Source: Diplonema japonicum (lineage: Eukaryota; Protista; Euglenozoa: Diplonemea). Taken from it: a DNA stretch of 64,000 nt. Below, in pieces: positions 34,051 through 47,800 of this stretch. Made by a program: the position numbers and the translations under genes. Position 1 is the first letter of the stretch; each line of letters starts with the position of its first letter. The notes beneath the pieces are model-generated. The model was not told the DNA's origin. It did no database searches and saw only the letters and a list, made by a program, of their open reading frames with translations. The stretch covers positions 1 to 64,000 of the forward strand of contig OZ025688.1 of the NCBI GenBank assembly GCA_964019335.1, written 5' to 3'.

Positions 34051-34190
34051 CTTAATGTTAATGAAGAAATAACTCTTTGAATCTCACACGCCCCCTTTCG
34101 GGAAGCCGATTTTATATCACATTGAGCTTTTGAACTTTTCCAATTTTTGCATTACTCACCGACACAGACAACAGGGTGGCATGATTAGAG

Positions 34191-37104
34191 ATGCCCGAGC
34201 AAGAAGGGCTGGCCGCGCCGGGCGGGAATGCTGGCACGGGCGTTCTGCCCGATGAAAAGAAGCTCCAGGAGAAGAGGAGAGACAAGGTGAAGATGTTTCT
34301 AAACAAGGTAGGCGACAAGAAGCCAGCACCACCTGCAAGCCCTAGCCCACCACAGCAACAACAACTGCAGCAGCAGCAACAGCCTTGTCCACAGCAACAG
34401 CTCCAACAACAGCAACAACAAGAGACAGCAGGGAAAAAAGCTCCCGTGTCCCAGGCACAAGCAGCGGCGCAAAATCAAGGAAGCCAAGTGAACCAACAGA
34501 TGAGCAACATGTGGGGCTCATATTGGAACATGAACAACTACGCTGCTTATGCTGCTTATAACCCCTGGCAAATGGGGTGGGGATGGGGTTCTTGGATGCA
34601 GCATCAGCACCAACATCAGCATCAACACCAACACCAGCATCAACATCAACATCAACAGCAGCACCAACACCAACATCAACATCAACACCAGCACCAGCAA
34701 AAGGTGATAAATCCAAGGTCAAGTATTGTTAAATATAAATGCAGCAGGTGCACAAACGTGTTCCAGGGAGAACCTGGTGCGCAGGTGACATGCGGTGGTT
34801 GTGGCGGGACAGTCAGGTTGCCCCTGCAGCCTGCGACGCGCTGCAGTGTCGCGTGCGTGACGGCCTGCCTTGCGACCATCTCTTATAGCGCAGTCTATGC
34901 TGTCTTCATCAACATTAAATCTGGGCAGCGTGTTGCCTCGAAGGCGCTTCACCCCATGCCCAAGAACAGTACCACTGGCGACCCGCCAGTCAGCTTGACG
35001 GCCGCGCCGTTCAATTTCATCACCGAAGCCATGCCCCAGCGACACCCGTCGTACCGCAACCCTGTGACCGCCAGGACATGGGACACATCCAACCTCAGTA
35101 CCACCATTTACACGAAGCCCCGTTCCTGTGCTTATGAGGACGGATTGCCTTTTGAGATTCGTGAGCAGCGGGAGATCTGGAAACACATGAAACGCGTGCG
35201 GTCTGTGCTGAGTGTGTGGGGTATCCCTGTCGATCTGGCTTGCAACGTGACTCCCGACGTCGCGGATAAGGTATGCAAATGGGATCAATATGTAAATCCA
35301 CGCAGCCCAAGCCGTTTGATGAGGGACACCTCGAGGCAGCGGAGTCAGTGCTGAAGCTGTTGAATGGAATGTCCGAAGTATGCTGCTAAAGAGTGACAAC
35401 ACCACTAGGAGGGCTCGCCACGGGTTGCAGGTGACGTCACACCCCCTCTTGTGCAGCAGCAGGCGCTCCACGAGCAGCAGAACCTATTGCGAGTGAAGCT
35501 AGAGCAACTCACGGCGCATAAGAAATCGCAGAATGCGTTGGTGCCGACACCACAGGCCTCACCGTCACCTACCCCAACACCCCCTCCTGCGGGCAAGAAG
35601 CTTAAGAAGCGGAAATCTGTCAAGAAAGAGGTGAAGAAAGAACCGGGGATAAAGAAAGAAGTAGAAGTGAAAGAAGAACCATTTGAAGTAAAGTCCAAAG
35701 GGAGAGGGACGAAACATTCGGACAGTCCTGAGGGGTCCGCTGCAAGTGACAAAACAGTCACTACCACTGGGTTGGCTTCGAAGGTGCAACTAGAACCCGG
35801 GTGTTATGTAAAAAGCTTGGAGGGTGCTGACCTGTGGATAGGGAAAATTACAGAGGTGTTCCCTTCTTCCAGCACGCATGACGCTGTGGCCTGCGATGCA
35901 GCTGGGAAAACCTTCAATATCGACAGCAGCAAAGTTGAGATGCTGTGCCCCCCAACGGCCCCCCCCTTAGGCTCTTTGGTGATTACCAACACACGTATTA
36001 CTTTAACTACCGAGGAGGTTCTCCCTGAAGGCACCGTTTTGTGTACACATTCAAGTCATCTGCTTCACTTCACTGCCGTTGAGGTGGTCTGTCACGAGTG
36101 GGGTAAGATCACTCCCACGGAGGGACGCCCGGTGATCAAAGTACACCCCTGGCAGATAAGTCTGTACACGGGTGTCAAGTATCGCAAGGGGATGAAGGTA
36201 CGTGTTTGCGGTGCTGTGAGACTTAAGACAGGCGTGCTGGAAGAAGGCAGCTCAGGCACCGTGGTGGCAGTCAATGAATCTGACCCTTCTGTGCATATTT
36301 TAAAGGCAAAATTTAGTACCGGAGTGATGGGTGTGCGCTTGGATCAAGTGGAAGTTACGGAGAGGAGCAAAGGGGTTGTGAACGATCCCCCGCCGCCCAG
36401 GCAGAAGAGCCCAGCTCCCACAGAGCTTGCAAACGGGTGTTGCAAAAAAGGCCATAAAATGGCATGGGTACATTCAGGAGGACAGTGGGAGTTGGGCAAC
36501 TCGGGGTATATGTGGCATAGCTGTGACTTCTGTACGAAAAGTAGCTTTCAAGGCTGGTTGCTGCGGTGCAGGGTGTGCAACGTTGATCTGTGCTCTTTAG
36601 ACTGCGAAGGACGTGCAAGTGGCGAGAAGCCCCCACGCCCTTGGACACTACCTGCTGTGGACATCGATGCGGGTGTCGAGCTACCTCTGCTGCAGAACTA
36701 TTCTGAAAACGAACGGGTTGAGATCATTGCTTACCAACGCAAGCGTCACATGCAAGGTGTCTGCAGGAGAGAGACGCATCTGCAGTGTGTGTGGAAAGCC
36801 CTCGAAGAAGGTGAAGAAATTCCAGAGTTAGAACTCACGTTGCAAGATCTCACTGAAAGGGAGCTGAGCGAGTTAGACTTCCGGACACTGCAGATGTTGT
36901 GCAAATCGAGTGGGATGTCAGGGAGCGGAAGCGCTAAGCAGCTGCGAGGCAGGCTCAGAACGGTATGGTCTGTGCTATCATCACGCAATGCAGGAGATGC
37001 TGAACGACAGGAAGCGTGCTAGATCGCCGGGACGGTCATCGAGGTCAAAGTATGACGAGGGGGGGATGTACAACCGACTTTACAGAAGAAAGAAGACAAG
37101 CTAG
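34191..37104 (+). CDS. Large probable nuclear protein: Q/HQ tracts, Zn ribbon, SH3/Tudor-like barrels, Cys finger, C-terminal SAP domain
   Basis: Introns 35271-35305, 35378-35408 and 36963-36993 join ORFs 34191, 35451 and 36910; CxxC..CxxC motifs; LSELDFRTLQMLCKSSGMSGSGSAKQLRGRL is SAP-like. Confidence 0.75.
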
Positions 37105-37325
37105 CACAACATTTGCACCCAACTCCTCCCCGAAGCTTCTTATGAAGTACCTTTTCCAACTTGGAAGACACCACATTAGATACCCAGCGTGGTCTTCATT
37201 CAGAAGGCTGCCCGTTAGCTTCAAAGAGTGTATTATTCAGCACCAACAAGAAGCTCAGTACAAATCATACTTAGCGGGGTTGCCTTTTGACTTACCTTTT
37301 GGCAATAGTATAGTTTTGGAACAAA

Positions 37326-38095
37326 ATGTCTCTAGAAGCCCCACCACCAAGGCAGAGGTATGACACGCTGAGGAAGCCACGCCGTTCACCTACTTAACAG
37401 GTGCTATTCAAAGATACACCCCGAGCTTCCTGTGCACCACAAGGAGGGTCTGGACTACCTGATATACCGGATAGGGAAAGAGTCTGTGGATGGGGGGATT
37501 ACGAAGGAAGCGTTCATCTCTGTGATCGATGAGGTGGTGCTGCACATCCAGGGGCACGACCACCACAGAGGGCTTTCATTGGAGGAACAGCACATGCAGT
37601 TGCATGAGGTATGGTGTCTCGTTGATGCAAACAGCACAGGTCTTCAACACATTCGACAAAGAGCACAAAGGGGTTGTGCAGTTGGGCGTCTTGTCAACAG
37701 GGCTGCACGTCATCCTGGAAGGGACGGAGGAAGAGAAGATAGATTTTGCGTTCAAAGGCCTGGATCACAACGGGGACGGCATGATCACTAAGGAAGAGTT
37801 CCTTACATTCTTTAAGCACTACTTCATGGCGAAGTGCTCTATCGAGAGCACCACACTCTCCGAGGAGAGGTGGAAAGCCATCTCCAACCACCTCACCATG
37901 ACCTTCAGAGCATCAGACACCAACAAAGACGGCACTGTTGACGTACAGGAGTTCATTCGTGCGGTGAAGACAGACCCCGACCACCCCTTCTGCCTCGTGC
38001 TAGACTCTTTCGGCGCTCTCACAACACCTCTCAAATCCCCCAGGGGTGGGAGATCACCTGCTATGCGCCCCGTGAACCCCCGTGTCGCTCGCTGA
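37326..38095 (+). CDS. EF-hand calcium sensor (NCS/calcineurin B-like)
   Basis: GTEEEKIDFAFKGLDHNGDGMITKEE, DTNKDGTVDVQE; introns 37358-37400 and 37609-37639. Confidence 0.88.
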
Positions 38096-38879
38096 GCGAC
38101 AAAATAGTGTTCTGCTGTTTGCAAGGCTTGCAAACAGGAGACATTCCCCCCTCCCCCCCCTCCTGTTTTCTGCATGAGAGTTGCGGTGATCTTTCTTGTT
38201 CAAAAAATATTATTATCTGCCCTTTCCCCCCCCCTTTTTTTTCCTTTTTTTCTCTTTGCAAGAATGCGTCTTTGACTTGTTGTGAGGTTGGGTTATTAAC
38301 TTTCCTACCGTGACATGTACGTTCTATTTCTTCTCACACAAGACAATCAAAGAAACACAAGTACCAAAGAACGTCTAGATGAGGCCATTGATGCGACAGG
38401 TTTACCCGTGCCAATATGCGAACAGGACAAAGTCAGTGACTAGGCAGCCATGAAACTATAATTTTTTTTTGTATTTTCACTTGCTCTTCTTTTCTTCATT
38501 TCCTTCGACCTGTTGTGAGAAAATCCTTGGGTGCAACCAGGGATAACGCCTACGGAAAGGGTATCGTGTCCCATGTGAAAAAAAAAAACCCCCTTCCCCT
38601 CCCCTCTTTTTTTGTCCGTTGATACCCTCATGTTTTGTCCCTTCGTTCCCGTGCTTGCCTTCAAAGAAATAGTAAGTCATGCATATGGAAAGAAAATAAA
38701 AAAGGAGTTTTTTTTTTTTTTTTTTTTTTCTTTTTCTTTTTTTTTTTTTTGAAAAAAGATGAAAAAGGAGAAGAAAAATAAAACAAAGGAGAGTCTTTGT
38801 TCCCGCCTCGCCCATTCCTGATGGTCTCTTTTCTTTTTGAGCTTCTTGTGAACATTCAGACACTTCATTTCCAGGAGAG

Positions 38880-41800
38880 ATGTTGAACAGGCATCCCAGT
38901 CGGAGTAGTGGGGTGCCACGTGTCGACAGCAGGGCCAGCTCATCGAATGCAGAGCTGAAGGTGGCGGAGGATGAAATCGCGGAGCTGCAGGCGAGGGTGA
39001 AAAAGCTGCAGACGACCTTGAGAACCACAAAACAAAACCTCGAGGAGGAACTGGAACAGAGGGACGACGAGCTGGGTGCAGCATTGACCGAAATCGAAGA
39101 GCTGAAAGCGTCCATCATGGCCGACAAGATGGCTGCTCTCAGCCAGCAAGACGACGAGTTCGCGCAAAGAATGGAAGAGTTGACCAAACGACGGCGGGAA
39201 GTAGATGCAAAGCTCAAAACCATGACCACGCAGCACAAGGCGGCCCTTCGCGAAACCGTCTGCTTCCGTACCATCTCGCACTCCAGGATTGTCATGAACA
39301 CCTACTTCTACAAAATGCTCAAGCTAGTTTCAGGACGGAGGTACCGCCTATTGGAGGAACAGCTCCACAGAACCCACCAAGCAGACCAGAGCACAATAGA
39401 GGACCTAAACAGGAAGCTCGCGGAATCTGTCTTCTCCTCAGCTCCGAACCAGTTTTCCAGTTTAATAGCAAATCTCCATGCGAGCATCTTGACCCTCGAC
39501 GCGGATCAGAACAGAGCAGGCCTGCCACTGGTGGAGCAAGACCTGAGGTCGGCACTGAAATGCGAGGCCGACTGGCTGATGCTGCAGCGCGAGTATGAGC
39601 AGGTAGCAAAGGAACATTTACGGGAGAAGATATCAGCGGCGGGCTGCGAGGCTGAGGTCCGGGAAGTGTTGAACGACATTAACATCCAATGGGATGACAA
39701 GGAGGGGCTCCAAGAGCTGAGGCGTGCACAGGAAGCCATCCAGCAACTTACAAGCAAGCTTGAGATGCAAACAGAGAGCAGCACCCCACCTGCGTCACCC
39801 ATGGAGTCGCCACCGATGTCGCCTGTGCTTTCTACAGTCAAGAGCGTGCAACACACTATTGTCATCCCCGTCCCCGACTGTTGTAGTACAGAAGTGCAGA
39901 CCGACCCCTTACCGCTGACTGTGTCACGACCGGTGTCACCTATTCACAGCTTGCTCTCGAGTCCCTCTTCTGTCTCAAGCAACCAGGAAAAAGATACTGA
40001 TTCCCTCATCGATCCTTTGGAGCCTTCTCTTGCTCAGCCGCCGGTGCAGCCAACCCCACTAAGGGGACACGACGGGCGGCCGCTGCCAGGCTACACCGTA
40101 GCCGTGGACAACACCACCGCCCTGACACCAGCAGGTACGGTCATCTTGGCATCAGACGGCAGACCTGTGCAGGTGGATGAAGCAGGATGGCCGTGTGACT
40201 CGTCTGGTCAGCCGTTGAAGTTGTTCGACGTGGGAGGGGGACTCATCTGCCTCTCGGTATCACAACTGGTGCACAACGGGTGTCCCATTTTCGTGAGTAC
40301 AGAAGGCGAGCACTACCTGGAAAATGGTACAAACATCGTGTTGCATGATGGCAAGCTTCTCGTAGATGACGAGGGCTACCTAGTCACGAAACAGCGCGAT
40401 AATTCAGGTGAATCTTTCAGAACTGAAGATGGAAAGGTTGCTGTGGTAACCGACGGACAGCCTGTTGTGTGGGAGAACAGTAAGGCGGCTGTTGCCAACG
40501 ACGGTACACTGACATCACCAGTGGGTGGCACTATTGAAGCACCAGACGGCCTTCCTGTTAAAGTTACCGCAACAGGCCATCCAGTCACAGCAAGTGGTAC
40601 ACCTGTTGTGTTGCTGACTCACACTCATCCACCAATGGCGATGGTGGCACACCCTCAAACAGGTCTCTTTGTAGATTGTGATAAGCACCTGCGGACATCT
40701 TCTGGTGACGTCGTGGTGACGAAGGCAGGAAAACCACTCAGAAGCAAAACCAATGAACTTGTGGTGATTCCAAAAGAGACTGGCATTCCTGTGCTTGAAA
40801 GTGGCATGGCTGTGCTCCTGAAAGACGTAGACACAAAGGAGGTTCTTCTTTGGGAGGACGGGACACCTGTGATGGTATCTAGTGATGGAAAACATGTGAT
40901 CGGGAGGGACGGGAAACGTGTACATGGTGTGCGAGTGAGTGAGGACCATACAGCTGTGACATTTCAGGGAGTCCAAGCAACTCTTGTGTGCCTCGAAGAC
41001 GGAAGGACTGCAGCCTTAGTGCCCGTTGAGGGGGAACAGAAGTTATTCAGGAACATTGATGGCGAGCTCTGCACGGTGAATGGGGCAAAGGTTGCTCAAG
41101 CTAATGGTGCGCCACTGACTTCCCATGATGGGTGTTTTGTGGTCGAAGAAGACACAGTACACGGTGTTGGGTACGAACTTGAAGACGGCAGAAGAGTAGC
41201 TGTGGACGCCGAAGGTCAAGTGTTGTCACTTGATGGAAGGGTGTGCACAGTCAGTGACGATGGGCGTGTTGTGGTGGACACATTTGGAACTCCACTTGTT
41301 GGCCCTGACTCTCGACCCTGTCTCTTCAGTGATGACAACAAGGTGATGACCTCAAGGAAGGTCCCTGTTCAGCTTGGGACACGCGATGGTTGCTTTGTTG
41401 CTCTCATAAAAGACGGTGAGTACTTTGTAGACCGTGCTGGTGACAAATGCCTGGCATCAGGTTTGAAGGTGGAAACCTGTGACAATGGTGATGTTTTGAA
41501 GGCAAGCAATGGAGCATCGGTGCTGAAGGAAGGTATAACAACAGACGGCATGCTGGTGACGTCGGGCAGGTGGAAGGATGGGTCAGTTGTAGTGGCGAAC
41601 AGCAAAAAAGAAATTCTCGACAAAAACGAAAACGCAATAGAAGGCTTGAGGTACGAGGAGGATGCCATTGTGTTTGGCGATGGCGAGAGGGTACTTCTTT
41701 TCGATGACAACTTCGGCAACATAGTGATTGCCGATGAAGGCGCTGGGGACGCTTTGATTCATGAGAACAACCTCATTAAAGCTCGAAACTCGCACCTGTA

Positions 41801-44800
41801 CACGCAAGCTGGCGACAGAGTGCACAGCATTGGTGGGGTGCCACTGCTGCACGGCACGATGCCTGTTCTTTCTTCTCTGCAAGGATTGCATTTAGCAGAC
41901 GGCAGAACTGTCGCTATGTGCGGAGAGATGCCTCTAAAGTGGAACTCAGGAGCACCAGTACTGTGCGATCTCGAGAGAAGGATGCTCAATGAAGACGGCT
42001 CACCTGAAGAACGATGCCGTGCTATGGCTAGGGGAGATCTCTGTTGGGATGGGACTTATGGAGCAACCGTGGCGAATAATGAGGTTGTCATCAAGAAGCG
42101 CGACGGCTTGTTTTGCCTTCCATCTGGAGAGCAGTGTACTGAAGATGGGTTACTAGTGTTGCCAATCACATCGACGGACGGGCGCCATGTGCTGGCATCT
42201 ATCAACACTCTAGAAGATGGGACACCTGTTGCGCTAAAAGAAGATAATGAAGTACTTACATGGCCAAGTGGACACGCCGTTATTTGCAGCAACGCAGGTG
42301 CCGTGCTGGATCCCAAAGGCGGCCTCCTTTTGGGCCTGCTTCTCGATAAAAACAAGCACCTGATGCTAGACAGCGGCGAGCACGTGTCCCTGTCCCTTGA
42401 TGAAACAAACGAACCGGTTGTCCTGATACCAATGCCCCACGCAAGCAACGACTTGTACACCGACATGAAGGGCGTCTACCGAACCTCAAGAGGCAGACGC
42501 GTGGCTCTGTCGGAGGGACAGCCCTTGACTGACAACTCCAGTCGCCTCGTGACTCGGTCAATCGCAGGTGTTCTTGCCACGGATGACAATAGGCTTATTG
42601 CTGTCCACCCAGATGGACAACCCATTCTTAGCAGCCAGGGTACGGCTATCAGCAGCTTGAAGGAAGGGTCTGTCGTGCCTGATGTTGTCTTCAACAACCT
42701 GCCAGTTTCGCTTTCTGTAACAGGCCATCCAGTCACAGCAAGTGGTACACCTGTTGTGTTGCTGACTCACACCCATCCACCAATGGCGATGGTGGCACAC
42801 CCTCAAACAGGTCTCTTTGTAGATTGTGATAAGCACCTGCGGACATCTTCTGGTGACGTCGTGGTGACGAAGGCAGGAAAACCACTCAGAAGCAAAACCA
42901 ATGAACTTGTGGTGATTCCAAAAGAGACTGGCATTCCTGTGCTTGAAAGTGGCATGGCTGTGCTCCTGAAAGACGTAGACACAAAGGAGGTTCTTCTTTG
43001 GGAGGACGGGACACCTGTGATGGTATCTAGTGATGGAAAACATGTGATCGGGAGGGACGGGAAACGTGTACATGGTGTGCGAGTGAGTGAGGACCATACA
43101 GCTGTGACATTTCAGGGAGTCCAAGCAACTCTTGTGTGCCTCGAAGACGGAAGGACTGCAGCCTTAGTGCCCGTTGAGGGGGAACAGAAGTTATTCAGGA
43201 ACATTGATGGCGAGCTCTGCACGGTGAATGGGGCAAAGGTTGCTCAAGCTAATGGTGCGCCACTGACTTCCCATGATGGGTGTTTTGTGGTCGAAGAAGA
43301 CACAGTACACGGTGTTGGGTACGAACTTGAAGACGGCAGAAGAGTAGCTGTGGACGCCGAAGGTCAAGTGTTGTCACTTGATGGAAGGGTGTGCACAGTC
43401 AGTGACGATGGGCGTGTTGTGGTGGACACATTTGGAACTCCACTTGTTGGCCCTGACTCTCGACCCTGTCTCTTCAGTGATGACAACAAGGTGATGACCT
43501 CAAGGAAGGTCCCTGTTCAGCTTGGGACACGCGATGGTTGCTTTGTTGCTCTCATAAAAGACGGTGAGTACTTTGTAGACCGTGCTGGTGACAAATGCCT
43601 GGCATCAGGTTTGAAGGTGGAAACCTGTGACAATGGTGATGTTTTGAAGGCAAGCAATGGAGCATCGGTGCTGAAGGAAGGTATAACAACAGACGGCATG
43701 CTGGTGACGTCGGGCAGGTGGAAGGATGGGTCGGTTATAGTTGCTGATGAAGAGAGGAATGTATTGGGGCCGCAGCTCCAAACCCTGCCAGGGATCACTG
43801 TAAATACAAACAACAAGCTTCTTAATCACAAAGGTGTCGAAGTGAAGCTGGTGAACACGAGCGAAGGAGTTGTAGCCCTCGAGGACATGGGCAGTGGTGT
43901 CTTCATGTACGGCATGGAGTTGTTTCTGGAGGATGGTTCGAGGCTGCTGATGAACGGAAGCAAGCCATTTACATCTGCTGACGGCAAGATGGCAGCTCTG
44001 GATGTCAACACAAGCAATCTTATCCTCGTGACACGCAACATGAAAAAGTCAACTTCGGGAGTCGTAATCCAAACAACGAAGGGAATCCATTGTCTGTGGG
44101 AGGACTCGGGGTACTTGGTGGTGGGGAACAAGAGCGGCGAAGTGCTGGACACCAAGCTTAGCATTGTAAACGGGATACGACACGCGGAAGGCGTCGTGGG
44201 GGAAGGGGTACACTTTGCAAAGGGTGTGGCCATGATGCCTAGTAGGCATGGACTTTTCCGGCATATCTCAGACGAGGATGACATTCGCACTGCAACGGGT
44301 GACGAGGTGGTGGTGCAGGACGGAAGAGTTGTTCGAACCGATTCGGGTGTGGCAGCTTGGGCCGACAAGCAGATTGTGCTGTATCCCTCCATGAAGAGGG
44401 TAGCCACCATGCCAAATGGAAAAGTACTCAGGAAGTCAGATGGTAGTCTGGTGTTGGGATCGTCATGTGGCAAGGTAGAAGGCATCCCAGGAGCGTACTT
44501 CAATAACAGAAACAACCTGGTCTCGAAAACAAACGCCGATGTTGTTCTGCTGGAGATGGACAGCGGGAAAATGACCCCTGCTACCGCTCTGGAGGCACAG
44601 CCCGGGATGTATCAAGCACTTGATTGCTCGTCGCTGCTGGATTCCAAAGGGCAAGAGATTATCGACGTTGAGAACAAAGTAGCACTCGCCCCCGAAGGAC
44701 CTGTTGTCGTAGGTACTGACAGGAAGGTGGCTCTTACAGTTACAGGAGAGATTCTGAAAACGAACACCGGCAAGGTGGTCTCATACTCGAGCACGGTCAA

Positions 44801-47800
44801 GGGAAGTGAGGTGTATGTCGGAGATACTGTATTGCAGGCACCGATCCGTATAAACACACGCGGCAGAGTGGAGGACAACATCATCATTATCAACGACGAG
44901 GTGGTTTTGGTGCCTGAGAAAGTGTTCAATGGCGTGCAACTGTACACCTCAACAGAGGGAGAACTTGTGACGCACTTGAATGAGAAAGTGGCCGTTGGCC
45001 CTTCGGGCTCACCATTGAGCACCTCGGATGGCAAGCTGGTGCTGGCTTCGTTGGCACTCCTTGACGGAACACCTATAGGACTCGAGGGCTACGCAACACC
45101 TTTCATTTTCGAAGGCCACGCAGTTATTATCATCGATGGCATTGCTATGCACAAACGGCAGCCGCTCATAGCCGCAGGAAAGCCCGTCCACGCCAACAGG
45201 CACAATGTGCTAGTAACTGAGGAAGGAAAGGTCACCGTTGCCAATGACTACATGCTCTTGGTGGAGGTGAAGGATGTTGCTACAGGTAACAGCATCTTCT
45301 ACGACCAGGAGCGCGTTCCCAGGACACAGCATGGGGGCGCTGTCTCACTGAATGGGGGCATCCCTGTTGTGGCTGAAGGACAACTTGTTGTTGTAAACAA
45401 AGACAATACTATGCACCTTGAGGACGGAACTGAGGTGGTAAATGATGTCAAGTGGTCTGATGGTATGCCTGTAACATGTATGGGCCCGGGCCCTGGGCAG
45501 TCGGTCATCCGAACGCGAGACGCGCAGCCGTTGCTGGGCCCCGACGGAAAGGAGGTAGTTGTTGTGAAGGGTTCCGTTTATACTTCTGACAAACGGCAAC
45601 TCCTTGAGCTGAAAATGGACCCGGGGGACTGCTTGACCGTGCTTGCGAAATCTGTGACATATCCATCGCTGTACACTGACAATGCGGGACGTCTGTGTAC
45701 TAAGGAAGGGGTCTGCGTCATCAGGAATGGGGAGCCTCTGATGTCAGCGGATGGTTCATTCATCATTAAGACGGCTTCTGGTGTGTACAGCCGCTGCGAT
45801 GGCCGTGGGAAGGTTATCATGAAGAAGGGCACAATGCAGCCCCTCACGTGGGCCGATGGAATTGTTGCTGTGACCGATGACCTCCTGTTGCGCTCACCCG
45901 ACGGGAGGCTTGTTGAAGGTGTCAAAATATCTCCATCTGGACGTGTGGTTAACCATGAAGGGCAGGAAGTAGATGTGGTGCTGCAACCAAGCGGGATGGT
46001 GGTTTGCATCACGCCGCACGGGTGCCACTGGAGGGATGCCTTCGACCGCCTGTGCACCAAGGCAGGCGAGCTCATAGCAACAACGGACGGCGTGCCCATC
46101 ACAGCGGCTGACGGGTCTGTAGTCCTCCACTCTAACGAGCGTAACAGCGCTGCCCCGAGGTATGTGACAGGTGGAAACGGTTCCCCTGTTGCCTGCACTA
46201 GCGATGGCAAGGTGGCCTTATGGGACACAGGGAATGCCATGGTCTGTGGGAGCGACGGGAAAACTCTTCTAAACCCCAAAGGTGAGCCCGTGCACGGCGT
46301 CGTCATCAGCAAGGAAGGGAAGCTCATGAACAAGTCAGGTGAAGAGGTGGTCGTGGTTCCAACGGACCCCCCAATGCTATTGCGGGAGTACCAAGGGCAC
46401 TACATGGACGAGGTAGGTGTCCTACGTGTCAAGGACGGGCGGGCAATTCTGCTCAATGCACACGGTGTGCCCTACTATAGCAAGAACCAAGTGGTGGTGC
46501 GAACGAACGCAGATGTGACGATGGAGGATGGAACACGTGTAGCACTGCGTGGTGACGGGACACCACTTACGTGGCCTGACGGAGCGGTCGTAACACAAGT
46601 GCAAGGCATGTCAATTGTAAAGGGCACACTGGTGCATGACACCACCAAACGGAAAGGGAGCATCTCACTGAGGGGAACACCCGTGCTGCACCGTCATGAT
46701 ACATTGTGGGAACGTGGGGACGGATCCTTATGCTTGCTGGACGACCGCACTGTGTATACAACAAAAGAGGGCAACCCTGTCAGGGGTGCTGGTGGTTACT
46801 TACTCGGAGATGTAAACAAGCTTGAGGATGGTACTCCTGTAGCGATGCAGTACGGAGAGCCTCTCTTGTGGAACAGCAATGAACCTGCTGTGGTAGGACT
46901 TGACAGAAAAACGCTGCTTGACTCTGCAAGGGTGCCCATCACAGGTCCTGACGGCAGGTTTGTGGTTGTAACAGAGGACGGATCGCTGCAAACACCTAAC
47001 GGGCAGGACGTGATCATCACTATTGTTGATGATGCCCCGGTGGCCATGACACAGAAGCGTGACCTTCAAGGCAAGATATGCCGAGTAGGGGGGAGGACAC
47101 TGTTTTCGGATCAAACAGGTGCCACGAGACTGGAGCAGGGTGAGGAGGTTATCCTTGTTGATGACCAACCGGTGCAGCATGCAGGTGGTTTTGTGATTAA
47201 AGCAGGTGGTAGACTAAGCATCTCGGGGGCTTTAAACCTGACAGTTGTCAACAATGCGAAGGGACAACCCGTTGTCTGGAAGGACGGCACTGCAATGACC
47301 AGCACGGGCGGCAAGGTGGACGGTGTACCAGGCGTCTACACGTCGCCGAAGGGGCAGCCTCTCGACAAGCATGGAAACAGCATTGTTCTACATCTTGGCA
47401 AAGAGGGCGACATGGTCCCGCTTGTCTCTTCGAACGAGCACAGTGGGCTGTTCACTTCGCTCTATGAACCAGAGTCTCTCTTCACAGAAGCGGGGCATAC
47501 TGTTGTGCTCGGCACCAACGGCTGGCCTCTCAAAGATCACCAAGGAAGGACTGTTATCAGCATGGGCAAAGCTGACGATATTCTCTACAAAACCGTGGAC
47601 GGAATCACAGTTGTGAAAGCTAGAGGTGCACCTCTTACCACCCCAGAAGGAACGGCAATGATACGCTCTCCTAAAGGACTACTTGACATTGGGAAGACAA
47701 TTATGCATGAGGTACAAGTCACGCCAGAGGGAAAACTCGTGAGTTCTAACACCGGTTTGCCATGCATGCTGGTGTTCAAGAATGAAGAAAGGCCGTTGGT

